A DNA stretch of 39,604 bases, from positions 1 to 39,604 of the forward strand of contig CAWJEN010000002.1 of assembly GCA_963841915.1 (NCBI GenBank), read 5' to 3'. A program made the translations under genes and the position numbers. Position 1 is the first letter of the stretch. Every line of letters begins with the position of its first letter. Source of the stretch: an uncultured Planctomycetota bacterium. Lineage in GTDB: Bacteria; Planctomycetota; Phycisphaerae; Tepidisphaerales; Tepidisphaeraceae. Below are positions 30,515 to 39,604 of the stretch, one piece after another. The notes under the pieces were generated by a model that ran no database searches, had not been told where the DNA came from, and worked only from the letters and a program-made list of their open reading frames with translations.

Positions 30515-33500
30515 TCAGTTCAGCTCCATCCAGCACAGCAGGACCGGCTTGACCGTCGCCGGAACCTGAAGCGAACGGAGGTACGTGTTCTTCAGGTGAC
30601 GTTCGACCCGCTCGCGGGTGTCGCGGAGCGTCTGGCGCGGGAGCTTCGTCACCCGCGGCGTGAGCTCGATCGACCGGATCGTCTCGGCGATGCTCGGTGC
30701 ATCGTCGGCGATGTCGCCGTCGGGTAGCGGGACGAGCATCCACCGGCAGGGCCCGCCCTCGGTGGTCCATTCGCCGTCCCGGATCGTCGGCAGCCGGTAG
30801 CAGAAGAAAGCCGCCTGTGCGCCGGTTGTGGGGTGCTCGCGGCCCGAGTAGACGCGAAGGGGCAGGGCATCGAGCCGTTGCCGTAGTTCGGGGTCGTTCT
30901 TGAAGAGGGCGTCTCGTTCGAGTTCGAGCACCTCCATCGCACTCTTTTTGCCCTCGTAGGCCTCATTGAAGTGCTGGAGGTCGCGGTACTCGTCCTCGCC
31001 GGTGAGCAGCTTGCCGCCCTCGATGCCGAGGGCCTTGCTGATCCGAAGCGTCTTGCGGGTGACGCGGCTGTAGAGCGTGAGCAGCTCGTTGAGTTCGTCG
31101 GGCGGCAGGAAGTTGTAGTAGACAATCGCCTCGCGGGTCTCGGCCTGATCGGGGTGATCGGCGGCGAGATGTTCCTCGAACTCCGGGTTCCGCCGACGGT
31201 CAACGCGGCCAATCCGCTGCATCAGGCGGACGGGGTTCCAGTGCAGGTCGTAGTTGATGAGCCGGGCCGCGTCCTGCAGGTTGAGGCCTTCCGAAAGCAC
31301 GTCCGTGCTGATAAGGATGCGGATCTCATCCTCGCCGGCCTCGGCGAGCTCCCCGGTTGACGAGTCGTTGTAGTAAGGGCTGAACCGCTCGATAATCCGC
31401 AGGCGGCCACGCTGGTTCGTGCGACTGTCGACTTGGGCGACACCCTCGATGTCCGCAGCCTTGAGCCGCCGGACGAGGTAGTCGGCGGTATCGGCGTACT
31501 CGGTGAAGATTAGCGCCTTGCCGGTCGACAAGGCCTTGTCGGTCTGAAGGAGCTTGACGAGCGACTTGAGCTTGTCGTCGTTCCGGTGGTCGAAGCGGTC
31601 GAGCTCGCGGAAGAACTTGACGAGCTGCGCAAGGTCGCCCTCGTCCCCGAGCGTCGCCTCCAGCATCTCCTCGACCTTGTAGTCCTTGCGAGAGAGCTTG
31701 TCGTAGCTGTCGGCAAACTCGATCTCGACGACGTCTTCGTCCGTGTCGTCGTCGTCCACATCCTGGAACAGGTTCGGCTGGCTCTCGCGGACCGCTTCGA
31801 TCAGCTTGATGTTCGTCTCGTGCCAGTCCCTGAGGCGCCGCTTCTCCTCGTCGGTATCGACGTTGGCCTCGCACCAGACGAGGAGCTTAACCAGCAGGCG
31901 TTCGCACGAGTGGCGGAACGCTTCGACGGAGCTTTCAAACCGCTTCAGGAAGCTCGTGCGGACAAGGGCGACGACCGCCTTCTGACGATCGGCCTCGCCG
32001 GGCTGGATGTCCTTCTCCGACCCCTTGTAGTAGAAGAGCGGGTAGTAGAGCGGGAGCGTGAAGAGCGGGTTCTCGTTCTCGAATGCGGTCTCGAGCTCGT
32101 TGAGCAGCTTTCCGTAGACCTTCTTAAGCGAGTACTTCACGACAACGGGCGGTCGCCGGGGCGGGAAGGCGACTTGCCGGCCGCCCTCGCGTTGCTGCTT
32201 CTCCTTGACGAACGCACGGCTGCGCTGCACGACGAGTGCACCGACGAGCGGGTCGCGGGCCATGATCTCCTGCGCCTCCTCGTTGTTTACAAAGAGCGGC
32301 ATCTCGTCGCGCCCGTCGTCGTCGAGCTGCTTCTCCATCCGCTTAAAGTGCGCGGTCAAGGAGTGGATGCCGAGGGTTTGCCCGAAGTGGCTCTCCTGAC
32401 TCTGCGTGAACAGCTCGATCATGTGACGCAGGTCCTTGAACGAGTTGTTGATGGGCGTCGCGGTGAGCATGAAGACCCGCTTCGCCGTCCCGTCGCTGTT
32501 GGCAATGATGTCGGCGAGCTCCCGGTAACGCGATCGGCGCACCTGCTCGAAGAGCATGGGGTTTGCCTTCGATCGCGGCGATTCAATAAAAGAGACGCCG
32601 GTGCCGGCCGGGCCGGGATTGCGGTAGTGGTGGGCTTCATCGATGACGAATGCGTGCGCCTGCTCTTTGGCCGCCTCAAAGGCGTCCCGCTTCTTCGGCT
32701 GGCCAAGGTCGGTGTGGGCCGCCACGTAGAGGTTGCTGAACGCTCCGGCCCCGAGCTTTCGCAGGTATCGCTTCAGGTTCGGCTTCCAAACCGACTCCAC
32801 CGCGCCCTTCGGCGCAAGCAGAACGACGTTCTTTTGCTCGCGGACGACGAGGCGTTCGATCAGCATGAGGCCGACGAACGTCTTGCCGAGACCGACGCCG
32901 TCGCAGAGAAACGCACCTCCGTGCTGTTCCGCGATCTTGATGAGGTTGCGGTATCCGTCCTGCTGGTAACCGTCGAGCTTGCCGAACATCTTCGACCGCT
33001 CTCGGTCCCACTTCTGTTCGCCGGGCGTGACGTCGAGGAATAGCTCGTGAAGCGCCTTCGCGTAGACGTCGAAGGGCGTGTACTCGGCCACATGGCGTTC
33101 GATGACCTTCAGAACCTCGACCGTCACGTCTTCCGCCTTCTCCCAGTGGCCCTCGAACCACTCCTGCAGCACGGTCACGGGACGGCCCGTGATCTGCACG
33201 TTCAGCTCGATGTTCTGCGTGAGCCCGGGATAGGTCAGGTTGGAAGAGCCAACAAGCGCTGCCGAGCCCACCACGTCGAGCCGGCCGTGCGTGATGTATG
33301 CCTTCGCGTGGAATTTTTCCTTGCGGTAGACCTTGCACTTGATCTTGCCGGTCTTGATGCCCTCGACGATCGCCGGGACGCCCTCAAGGAAGTCGTTCTT
33401 TTCCTTCTCGTTCTCGAGGCTGGCGTCGAGCGTCTCCTTCATGCCGGCGAGCCCCTTTTCGAAGGCGCCCTTCGTCCTTAGCGAGACCTCTTCACCCATC

Positions 33501-33697
33501 AGGATGCGAATCTCGTCCACCTTCTGCCACTCGTCTTTGAGGGCGAGGAGCGCCCCGATCTCGAAGTAGCCGGTGGCAATGTCGATTCTCTTCGCAAGCT
33601 GGCACCAATCGTGGAGGTAGCGAACGACCTTCCAGTCTTCATCTGAATTATCGACAATGAAGAGTTCACTGCCGGTGGTGCTGGTTCGCTGAGGCAT
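30515..33697 (-). CDS. PLD (HKD-type nuclease)-SNF2/SF2 helicase fusion
   Basis: IATGYF, FHAKAYI and GSSNLT (PLD); DGVGLGKT, IDEAHHYRN, LTATP, TDVLSEGLNLQ, WNPVRLMQRIGRVDR (helicase). Confidence 0.92.
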   Translation of the reverse strand: MPQRTSTTGSELFIVDNSDEDWKVVRYLHDWCQLAKRIDIATGYFEIGALLALKDEWQKVDEIRILMGEEVSLRTKGAFEKGLAGMKETLDASLENEKEKNDFLEGVPAIVEGIKTGKIKCKVYRKEKFHAKAYITHGRLDVVGSAALVGSSNLTYPGLTQNIELNVQITGRPVTVLQEWFEGHWEKAEDVTVEVLKVIERHVAEYTPFDVYAKALHELFLDVTPGEQKWDRERSKMFGKLDGYQQDGYRNLIKIAEQHGGAFLCDGVGLGKTFVGLMLIERLVVREQKNVVLLAPKGAVESVWKPNLKRYLRKLGAGAFSNLYVAAHTDLGQPKKRDAFEAAKEQAHAFVIDEAHHYRNPGPAGTGVSFIESPRSKANPMLFEQVRRSRYRELADIIANSDGTAKRVFMLTATPINNSFKDLRHMIELFTQSQESHFGQTLGIHSLTAHFKRMEKQLDDDGRDEMPLFVNNEEAQEIMARDPLVGALVVQRSRAFVKEKQQREGGRQVAFPPRRPPVVVKYSLKKVYGKLLNELETAFENENPLFTLPLYYPLFYYKGSEKDIQPGEADRQKAVVALVRTSFLKRFESSVEAFRHSCERLLVKLLVWCEANVDTDEEKRRLRDWHETNIKLIEAVRESQPNLFQDVDDDDTDEDVVEIEFADSYDKLSRKDYKVEEMLEATLGDEGDLAQLVKFFRELDRFDHRNDDKLKSLVKLLQTDKALSTGKALIFTEYADTADYLVRRLKAADIEGVAQVDSRTNQRGRLRIIERFSPYYNDSSTGELAEAGEDEIRILISTDVLSEGLNLQDAARLINYDLHWNPVRLMQRIGRVDRRRNPEFEEHLAADHPDQAETREAIVYYNFLPPDELNELLTLYSRVTRKTLRISKALGIEGGKLLTGEDEYRDLQHFNEAYEGKKSAMEVLELERDALFKNDPELRQRLDALPLRVYSGREHPTTGAQAAFFCYRLPTIRDGEWTTEGGPCRWMLVPLPDGDIADDAPSIAETIRSIELTPRVTKLPRQTLRDTRERVERHLKNTYLRSLQVPATVKPVLLCWMELN

Positions 33698-33821
33698 TTA
33701 CTGCTCCGCACCCTACAGGACGCAGCGGCTACAGGCAAAGCGTTGGCAGCCTGAGCCTCGTGCTGGTTTTCACACCTGAAGAGTTCAGTCGAGAGGCGGG
33801 TAAAGTATTCGCGGGAGCGGC

Positions 33822-33847
33822 TCAAGTGCTCCTGCGGCTCGGCCGAC
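33822..33847 (+). promoter_or_regulatory. sigma28/FliA-like promoter candidate
   Basis: TCAAG-N15-GCCGAC directly before copy 1 of the 37-bp repeat. Confidence 0.45.
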
Positions 33848-33854
33848 CAATTAT

Positions 33855-33891
33855 CTGTCGGCGGTTTCAGCGGCAACGTGGCCGTGCTCCC
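33855..33891 (+). repeat. 37-bp perfect direct repeat, copy 1
   Basis: CTGTCGGCGGTTTCAGCGGCAACGTGGCCGTGCTCCC, identical to 37002-37038. Confidence 0.95.
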
Positions 33892-34054
33892 CAATCAAGC
33901 CCGCGTCGCCGCGGCGAGTGATCAGGCGGAACTAAAGGAGGTCGACCAGACGGAGCGGCACCTGCTGTACGTGGCGTGCACCCGCTCGCGGGACCGGCTG
34001 CTCGTGACGGGACTGGAACCGGGCTCCGAATATCTGGTAGATATGCGGCTATGA
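33884..34054 (+). pseudogene. C-terminal remnant of a UvrD/Rep-like SF1 helicase
   Basis: VLPNQARVAAASDQAELKEVDQTERHLLYVACTRSRDRLLVTGLEPGSEYLVDMRL*, containing motif VI LLYVACTR.R. Confidence 0.8.
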
Positions 34055-34202
34055 CGGCCCTGCTTGATCGCGCTCGCGTGCGATCAATTTGGGTAATGCG
34101 AACTTTCCATCGCTCTGCACTCAGAAGCCACTATGACTGCCTCAGCAGTAGCAAACGGGTGAGCTGCGGTCGTTGAAGCAAAGCCGCCATATAATATTTG
34201 AT

Positions 34203-34436
34203 ATGAGTTATCAGCGGGAACTGACGTGGCGGGACGCGATCCAGCGGGTGCTGCGGGAAGCCGGCGAGCCGATGCACTACGCAGACGTCGGCGACGAGAT
34301 CGCCAAGCAGCAGCTGCGGACCAACCTAGGGGCAACGCCGGCGAGTACGGTGACAGCAGTCGTTACGAGCGAGATAAGGGAACATCGTTCTTTTTTGCCC
34401 GCATCCCCTTCTTGTAAACCCAGCGTCTATTCATAA
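34203..34436 (+). pseudogene. HARE-type winged-HTH N-terminal fragment (truncated at ~34385)
   Basis: LTWRDAIQRVLREAGEPMHYADVGDEI....GATPASTV is followed abruptly by AT-rich non-coding-like sequence. Confidence 0.6.
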
Positions 34437-34501
34437 AGAACGATATCCCGTCTTCTGCCAGATATTCTATTATCTATCACTAATCGCTCTAGGGTCTTGC
34501 C

Positions 34502-35494
34502 ATGCACTACCTCACCCGCATCTCGTACAACGGCTCGGGCTGGCAGCACCCGACGAGCGACGCTCGCGACCAAGAAACGGGCGACACCTACAACCAGAAC
34601 TTCGGCTTTGGCCATGAGGACTGGCTATTCCGATCGGACTGGCTGATCCATGGCTGGCGATACGCGTTCCTGCAGGGGGTCAACAGGAGCCATGATCGGC
34701 TCGTGCGGGAGGCGGAAACGTTTGACGTCACCTTGTTCACCATCGACGCGGCGAAGGCCCGTCGATACGTAGCGACGATCTGCAATGTCGAATGCCTCGA
34801 CACGCAGCAGGCCGAAGACGCATTGAGCGTCTTTAAGCAGCGCGGCTGGTACGCCCAGATGGAGCGTGAAATCGTCGCGGCAGGCGGGGACGTTTCCGCT
34901 CTAGGTCGGTGGGATTGGGCGAAACACGTTTTAAACCTCCGCTACCGACTCGACAACGTGACGCGGCACGACCACGAAGACGATTTTGAGCCGGGTGATT
35001 GGATAAGGCGCTTCAACCGTTACCAGTTATATGACTTTGGCGCGCAGCAGCCTGAGGCCTCGAAGCAGCTGTTGCGCCGCGGGCATACTGCCCTGAATCT
35101 GCCATCGACTCAGCCCTACGCGAAGAAAGGGTCGCAGGCGACGATGATCACGCCCGAACACGCGCGTATGCAGGTGAAGCTTGTGGAGATGCTGCGCGAG
35201 CGGTATCCCGGGGCGGAGATTCACTGCGAAGACGGCTTTGTTGACGTGACCGTGCGGACACAGGACGTGTTCCAGCTCTATGAGATCAAGTCGGATCTCC
35301 GGCCGTCTACAGTCATCCGTCTGGCACTCGGGCAGATCCTCGAGTACGCCTATCACCCGACGCGAAAGCATCCGCACCCGACTGAGCTGTTCATCGTCGG
35401 CCGGCAGGAGCTTGACGAGGACGACCGCGCGTACCTGGAGCAACTTCGCGAGCGATTTGCGCTGCCGCTGTCTTACCTTGCCGTGCCGCTCTGA
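34502..35494 (+). CDS. Putative restriction-type endonuclease: N-terminal recognition domain plus C-terminal PD-(D/E)XK domain
   Basis: N-terminus RISYNGSGWQHP...GFGHEDWLF. C-terminus H..MQ..L...E..FVDV...YEIKS....IRLALGQILEYAY. Confidence 0.75.
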   Translation: MHYLTRISYNGSGWQHPTSDARDQETGDTYNQNFGFGHEDWLFRSDWLIHGWRYAFLQGVNRSHDRLVREAETFDVTLFTIDAAKARRYVATICNVECLDTQQAEDALSVFKQRGWYAQMEREIVAAGGDVSALGRWDWAKHVLNLRYRLDNVTRHDHEDDFEPGDWIRRFNRYQLYDFGAQQPEASKQLLRRGHTALNLPSTQPYAKKGSQATMITPEHARMQVKLVEMLRERYPGAEIHCEDGFVDVTVRTQDVFQLYEIKSDLRPSTVIRLALGQILEYAYHPTRKHPHPTELFIVGRQELDEDDRAYLEQLRERFALPLSYLAVPL

Positions 35495-35677
35495 GTTATC
35501 TCAAGGCGTTCCGAGAACAGGCCACTTGCGGTTGTGTCCGCTGTACTTACCGATGCGGCTTGACTAGCCATAGATGAGATCGCTTAGGCGAGGCCAAACT
35601 TTTCGCCGAAGAATGTAAGGGTGGCCGGATTGGGGGGCCTCCGGCTGGACATTGTTGTCAGCGGTTACACTGCGAAG

Positions 35678-36799
35678 GTGCCCGTTCAACACGCTCTTTG
35701 GAATGTCGCGACCGTTCCCACGCCGCTCACGGCAAGCGCGCTCGTCAGCGAGCAGGAGCTCGAGGACATGATCGTTGCCTCGCCGGAGATCCTCTCGAAC
35801 GAGTGGATGCTCATTGGCCAACAGGAGCAGACCGGCCTCGGTGGGCGGATCGATCTGCTCGCCATCGCCCCGGACGCGTCGCTCGTCCTCATTGAGCTCA
35901 AGCGGAACAAGACGCCCCGCGAGATCGTCGCTCAAGCGATCGACTACGCCTCGTGGGTGGAGACGCTCTACGCGGAAGCCATCAGCGAGATCTACCAGCG
36001 CTTCTCCAAGGGGCAGAACCTCCGCGAGGCGTTCCGAGAACGCTTCGGCCAACCGCTGGAGGAGGAAGCCCTGAACACGTCCCACCAGATTGTTGTGGTT
36101 GCGGCGGAGCTGGACGCTGCCAGCGAGCGCATCATCGGCTACCTCAATGCCCGCGACATCGCCATCAACGTGCTCTTCTTTCAGGTCTTCCAGCACGGTG
36201 CCGAGCGCCTGCTCAGCCGGGCGTGGCTGATCGACCCCGGCGAGACGCAGGCGAACGTCGCCGCGACGACGACAAAGTCGCTCGCGAAGCAAGAGCCGTG
36301 GAACGGCGAGTACTACGCGTCGTTCGGTTACGACCGCTCCTGGGAAGAGGCACGAAAGTACGGCTTCATCAGCGGCGGTGGCGGCACGTGGTACAGCGGA
36401 ACGTTGAAACAACTCAGTCCGGGCGATCGCGTGTGGGTTAACATCCCCGCCACCGGCTACGTCGGCGTCGGACGGGTGACGGAGGAACGAGCTGCCGCCA
36501 AGGACTTCATCGTCCCGACGCCCGACGGCGACCGGCCTGCTCTAGAGGTTCTTAGCAACGGCGACGCCTTGAAGGCCAACGCGAACGACCTGGAAAAGAC
36601 CGAGTACTTCGTGCGCGTGGAGTGGCTCGACAGCGTTCCGAAGGAAGAGGCCTTCAACGAGATCGGCCTGTTCGGTAATCAGAACACCGTCTGTCAGCCG
36701 CGGACGCCGAAGTGGCGCAAGACGCTCGACCGGCTGAAGCACGCATTTCCGGAGTGGGACACCGCCGCCCCCCCCAATCGCAACCTGACGACCGTTTGA
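35678..36799 (+). CDS. NucS/EndoMS-like (DUF91) PD-(D/E)XK nuclease with C-terminal EVE/PUA-like domain
   Basis: GTG 35678. EQELEDMI, GRIDLLAI, LIELKR, AQAIDYA. C-terminus SWEEARKYGFISGGG, LSPGDRVWV, GYVGVG.V. Confidence 0.8.
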   Translation: MPVQHALWNVATVPTPLTASALVSEQELEDMIVASPEILSNEWMLIGQQEQTGLGGRIDLLAIAPDASLVLIELKRNKTPREIVAQAIDYASWVETLYAEAISEIYQRFSKGQNLREAFRERFGQPLEEEALNTSHQIVVVAAELDAASERIIGYLNARDIAINVLFFQVFQHGAERLLSRAWLIDPGETQANVAATTTKSLAKQEPWNGEYYASFGYDRSWEEARKYGFISGGGGTWYSGTLKQLSPGDRVWVNIPATGYVGVGRVTEERAAAKDFIVPTPDGDRPALEVLSNGDALKANANDLEKTEYFVRVEWLDSVPKEEAFNEIGLFGNQNTVCQPRTPKWRKTLDRLKHAFPEWDTAAPPNRNLTTV

Positions 36800-36968
36800 G
36801 TCGCCGCTGAACCCGGGGTGGGGGCGGCGGCGGGACCGTCTGCAGGAAGTCGGGTCCCTTCAGGCGGCCGATCCCGGGTACGAGCGGCGGCAACGCGAGC
36901 AGCTTGTCATGTCGCTGTTGCAGCGGTAACAGCGTGAGGTGAGGCCGCGGAAAAATCTTCACGTCGCC

Positions 36969-36995
36969 TGAAGGCTTGCTGCACGTCAGCCGTTA
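36969..36995 (+). promoter_or_regulatory. sigma28/FliA-like promoter candidate
   Basis: TGAAG-N15-GCCGTTA directly before copy 2 of the 37-bp repeat. Confidence 0.4.
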
Positions 36996-37001
36996 TCTCG
37001 G

Positions 37002-37038
37002 CTGTCGGCGGTTTCAGCGGCAACGTGGCCGTGCTCCC
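37002..37038 (+). repeat. 37-bp perfect direct repeat, copy 2 (5' leader of the Fn3-like gene)
   Basis: Identical to 33855-33891. Here it extends into a hairpin GTCGG(37004)...CCGAC(37041). Confidence 0.95.
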
Positions 37039-37068
37039 GACGCATCCGTCTACGAAAAGCAGGAAGGC

Positions 37069-37785
37069 ATCCCTTCGAAAGACGTCGTCCCGACGACCGA
37101 CCGGGAGCTTCGCGACTTCGCGGAAAACTTCTACAACGTGTGTGCCGCCAACGCAGCGGCCTTCAATCTCGCCGAGCCCGTCATGACCCAGCTCGACCTG
37201 CTTTCCAGCGGCTACGTCAGCAAGCTCACCGCCGCCGTCGACCCGCAAACCCGCGGCGTCCGCACCGTTTACGAGAAGGACCAAGCCCGCAAGGCGCTCG
37301 TCACGCTGATCCGGAAGGTCGCCAAACAGATCAACGGCCTCATGGATGTAACGAACGACCAGCGACAGGCGCTCGGCTTGAACATCGCCGACACGACCCC
37401 GACCCGAATCGATCCGCCGACGACGGCCCCCTACGTCCGCGTGACGGGTGTGAAGAACGGCGAGATCTTCTTCGAGCTGCGCCAGAACGGCGACCTGCGG
37501 GCCAAGCCGACGAACGTCGCCGATGCGCTCGTCTTCACCTACGCCGGCGACGCCAGGCCCACGAGCATCAACCAGTGGAACTACGCGATGACGACGGGCC
37601 GCACGAACCTGTCGATGCCCTTTCCCGAAGGTGCCGGCGGCCAGACGCTTTGGATCACTGCATTCTGGACCAATGCCAAGGGGCAGAGCGGCCCGAGCAG
37701 CGAGCCGGTCAGCGTGAACCTGCCGGCCATCAGCGCCCGGCCGTCGCAGATCGACCAGCAGTCGAATCTGCGGATCGCGGCGTGA
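37069..37785 (+). CDS. Conserved hypothetical Fn3-like protein, paralogue of 9986-10675; the expected start codon reads ATC
   Basis: AGGAAGGC-ATC-CCT-TCG-AAA (I/M-PSKDVVPT) lines up with MPSRTNYLPT of the paralogue. Ends ...NLRIAA. Confidence 0.75.
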   Translation: MPSKDVVPTTDRELRDFAENFYNVCAANAAAFNLAEPVMTQLDLLSSGYVSKLTAAVDPQTRGVRTVYEKDQARKALVTLIRKVAKQINGLMDVTNDQRQALGLNIADTTPTRIDPPTTAPYVRVTGVKNGEIFFELRQNGDLRAKPTNVADALVFTYAGDARPTSINQWNYAMTTGRTNLSMPFPEGAGGQTLWITAFWTNAKGQSGPSSEPVSVNLPAISARPSQIDQQSNLRIAA

Positions 37786-37808
37786 GTGTTTGACGACCCA
37801 AAACAAAG

Positions 37809-37843
37809 AACCGCCCCGCGAGCGTTGGCTCGCGGGGCGGTTT
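37809..37843. terminator. Bidirectional intrinsic terminator
   Basis: 15-bp stem AACCGCCCCGCGAGC/GCTCGCGGGGCGGTT, with A-rich sequence before and Ts after, between convergent genes. Confidence 0.85.
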
Positions 37844-37866
37844 GCGTCGGCTTGCCGATCGATCGA

Positions 37867-39408
<1,542 letters not shown>

Positions 39409-39604
39409 GGTCAGTTGTTCAGGAAGAGAGAAGTCGAAGTACCGCTCTGCCAGCGAAGCCAATCGCGTAGGCCAGAGCGAATGCTGAGAGAATGCAGAGA
39501 ACGAGCGAGAAAACCCACAGCAGGATGAACTGCCAAAGCGGAATCCGACGTCGGAGCCGATCGGCAGAGTGCAACGTCTTCGAGCGGTGCAAGGTCAAGC
39601 AGAG

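Noticed and set aside
26046..33697. Calling the cluster DISARM or BREX
   Set aside because: No DrmA/DrmB (DUF1998), BrxC or PglZ-like genes are visible. Only a SNF2-PLD fusion and an MTase are shared in kind.
39409..39604. SAH or SAM riboswitch upstream of ahcY
   Set aside because: I could not find the conserved SAH-riboswitch elements in the available leader. A cmscan would settle it.

Overview
GC-rich bacterial DNA, probably Planctomycetota/Phycisphaerae (inferred from PEP-CTERM plus dockerin proteins and gene style). Host-type genes are an RND efflux trio, a fatty-acid desaturase, two PEP-CTERM proteins and ahcY. They alternate with two defence-rich regions. Left region (~1-8.9 kb): a membrane-anchored NERD nuclease, a 1594-aa Avs-like nuclease-STAND-helical-repeat protein, a broken PD-(D/E)XK restriction endonuclease and an HsdR scrap. 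Right region (~22.7-36.8 kb): a frameshifted GIY-YIG nuclease, then a ~10-kb co-oriented minus-strand cluster, then UvrD and HTH remnants and two more nucleases between a 37-bp direct repeat. The cluster runs PLD-SNF2 helicase > small protein duplicating the methyltransferase N-terminal domain > Type ISP/IIG-like N6 methyltransferase > DUF3800 > structured ncRNA > CBS-HEPN, and it is the best candidate for an undescribed system. Other notable signals: two 21-bp degenerate tandem arrays, and two paralogous Fn3-like genes with sigma28-like promoters, hairpin leaders and C-terminal -AA tails. All family calls come from motif recognition by eye; no searches were run.
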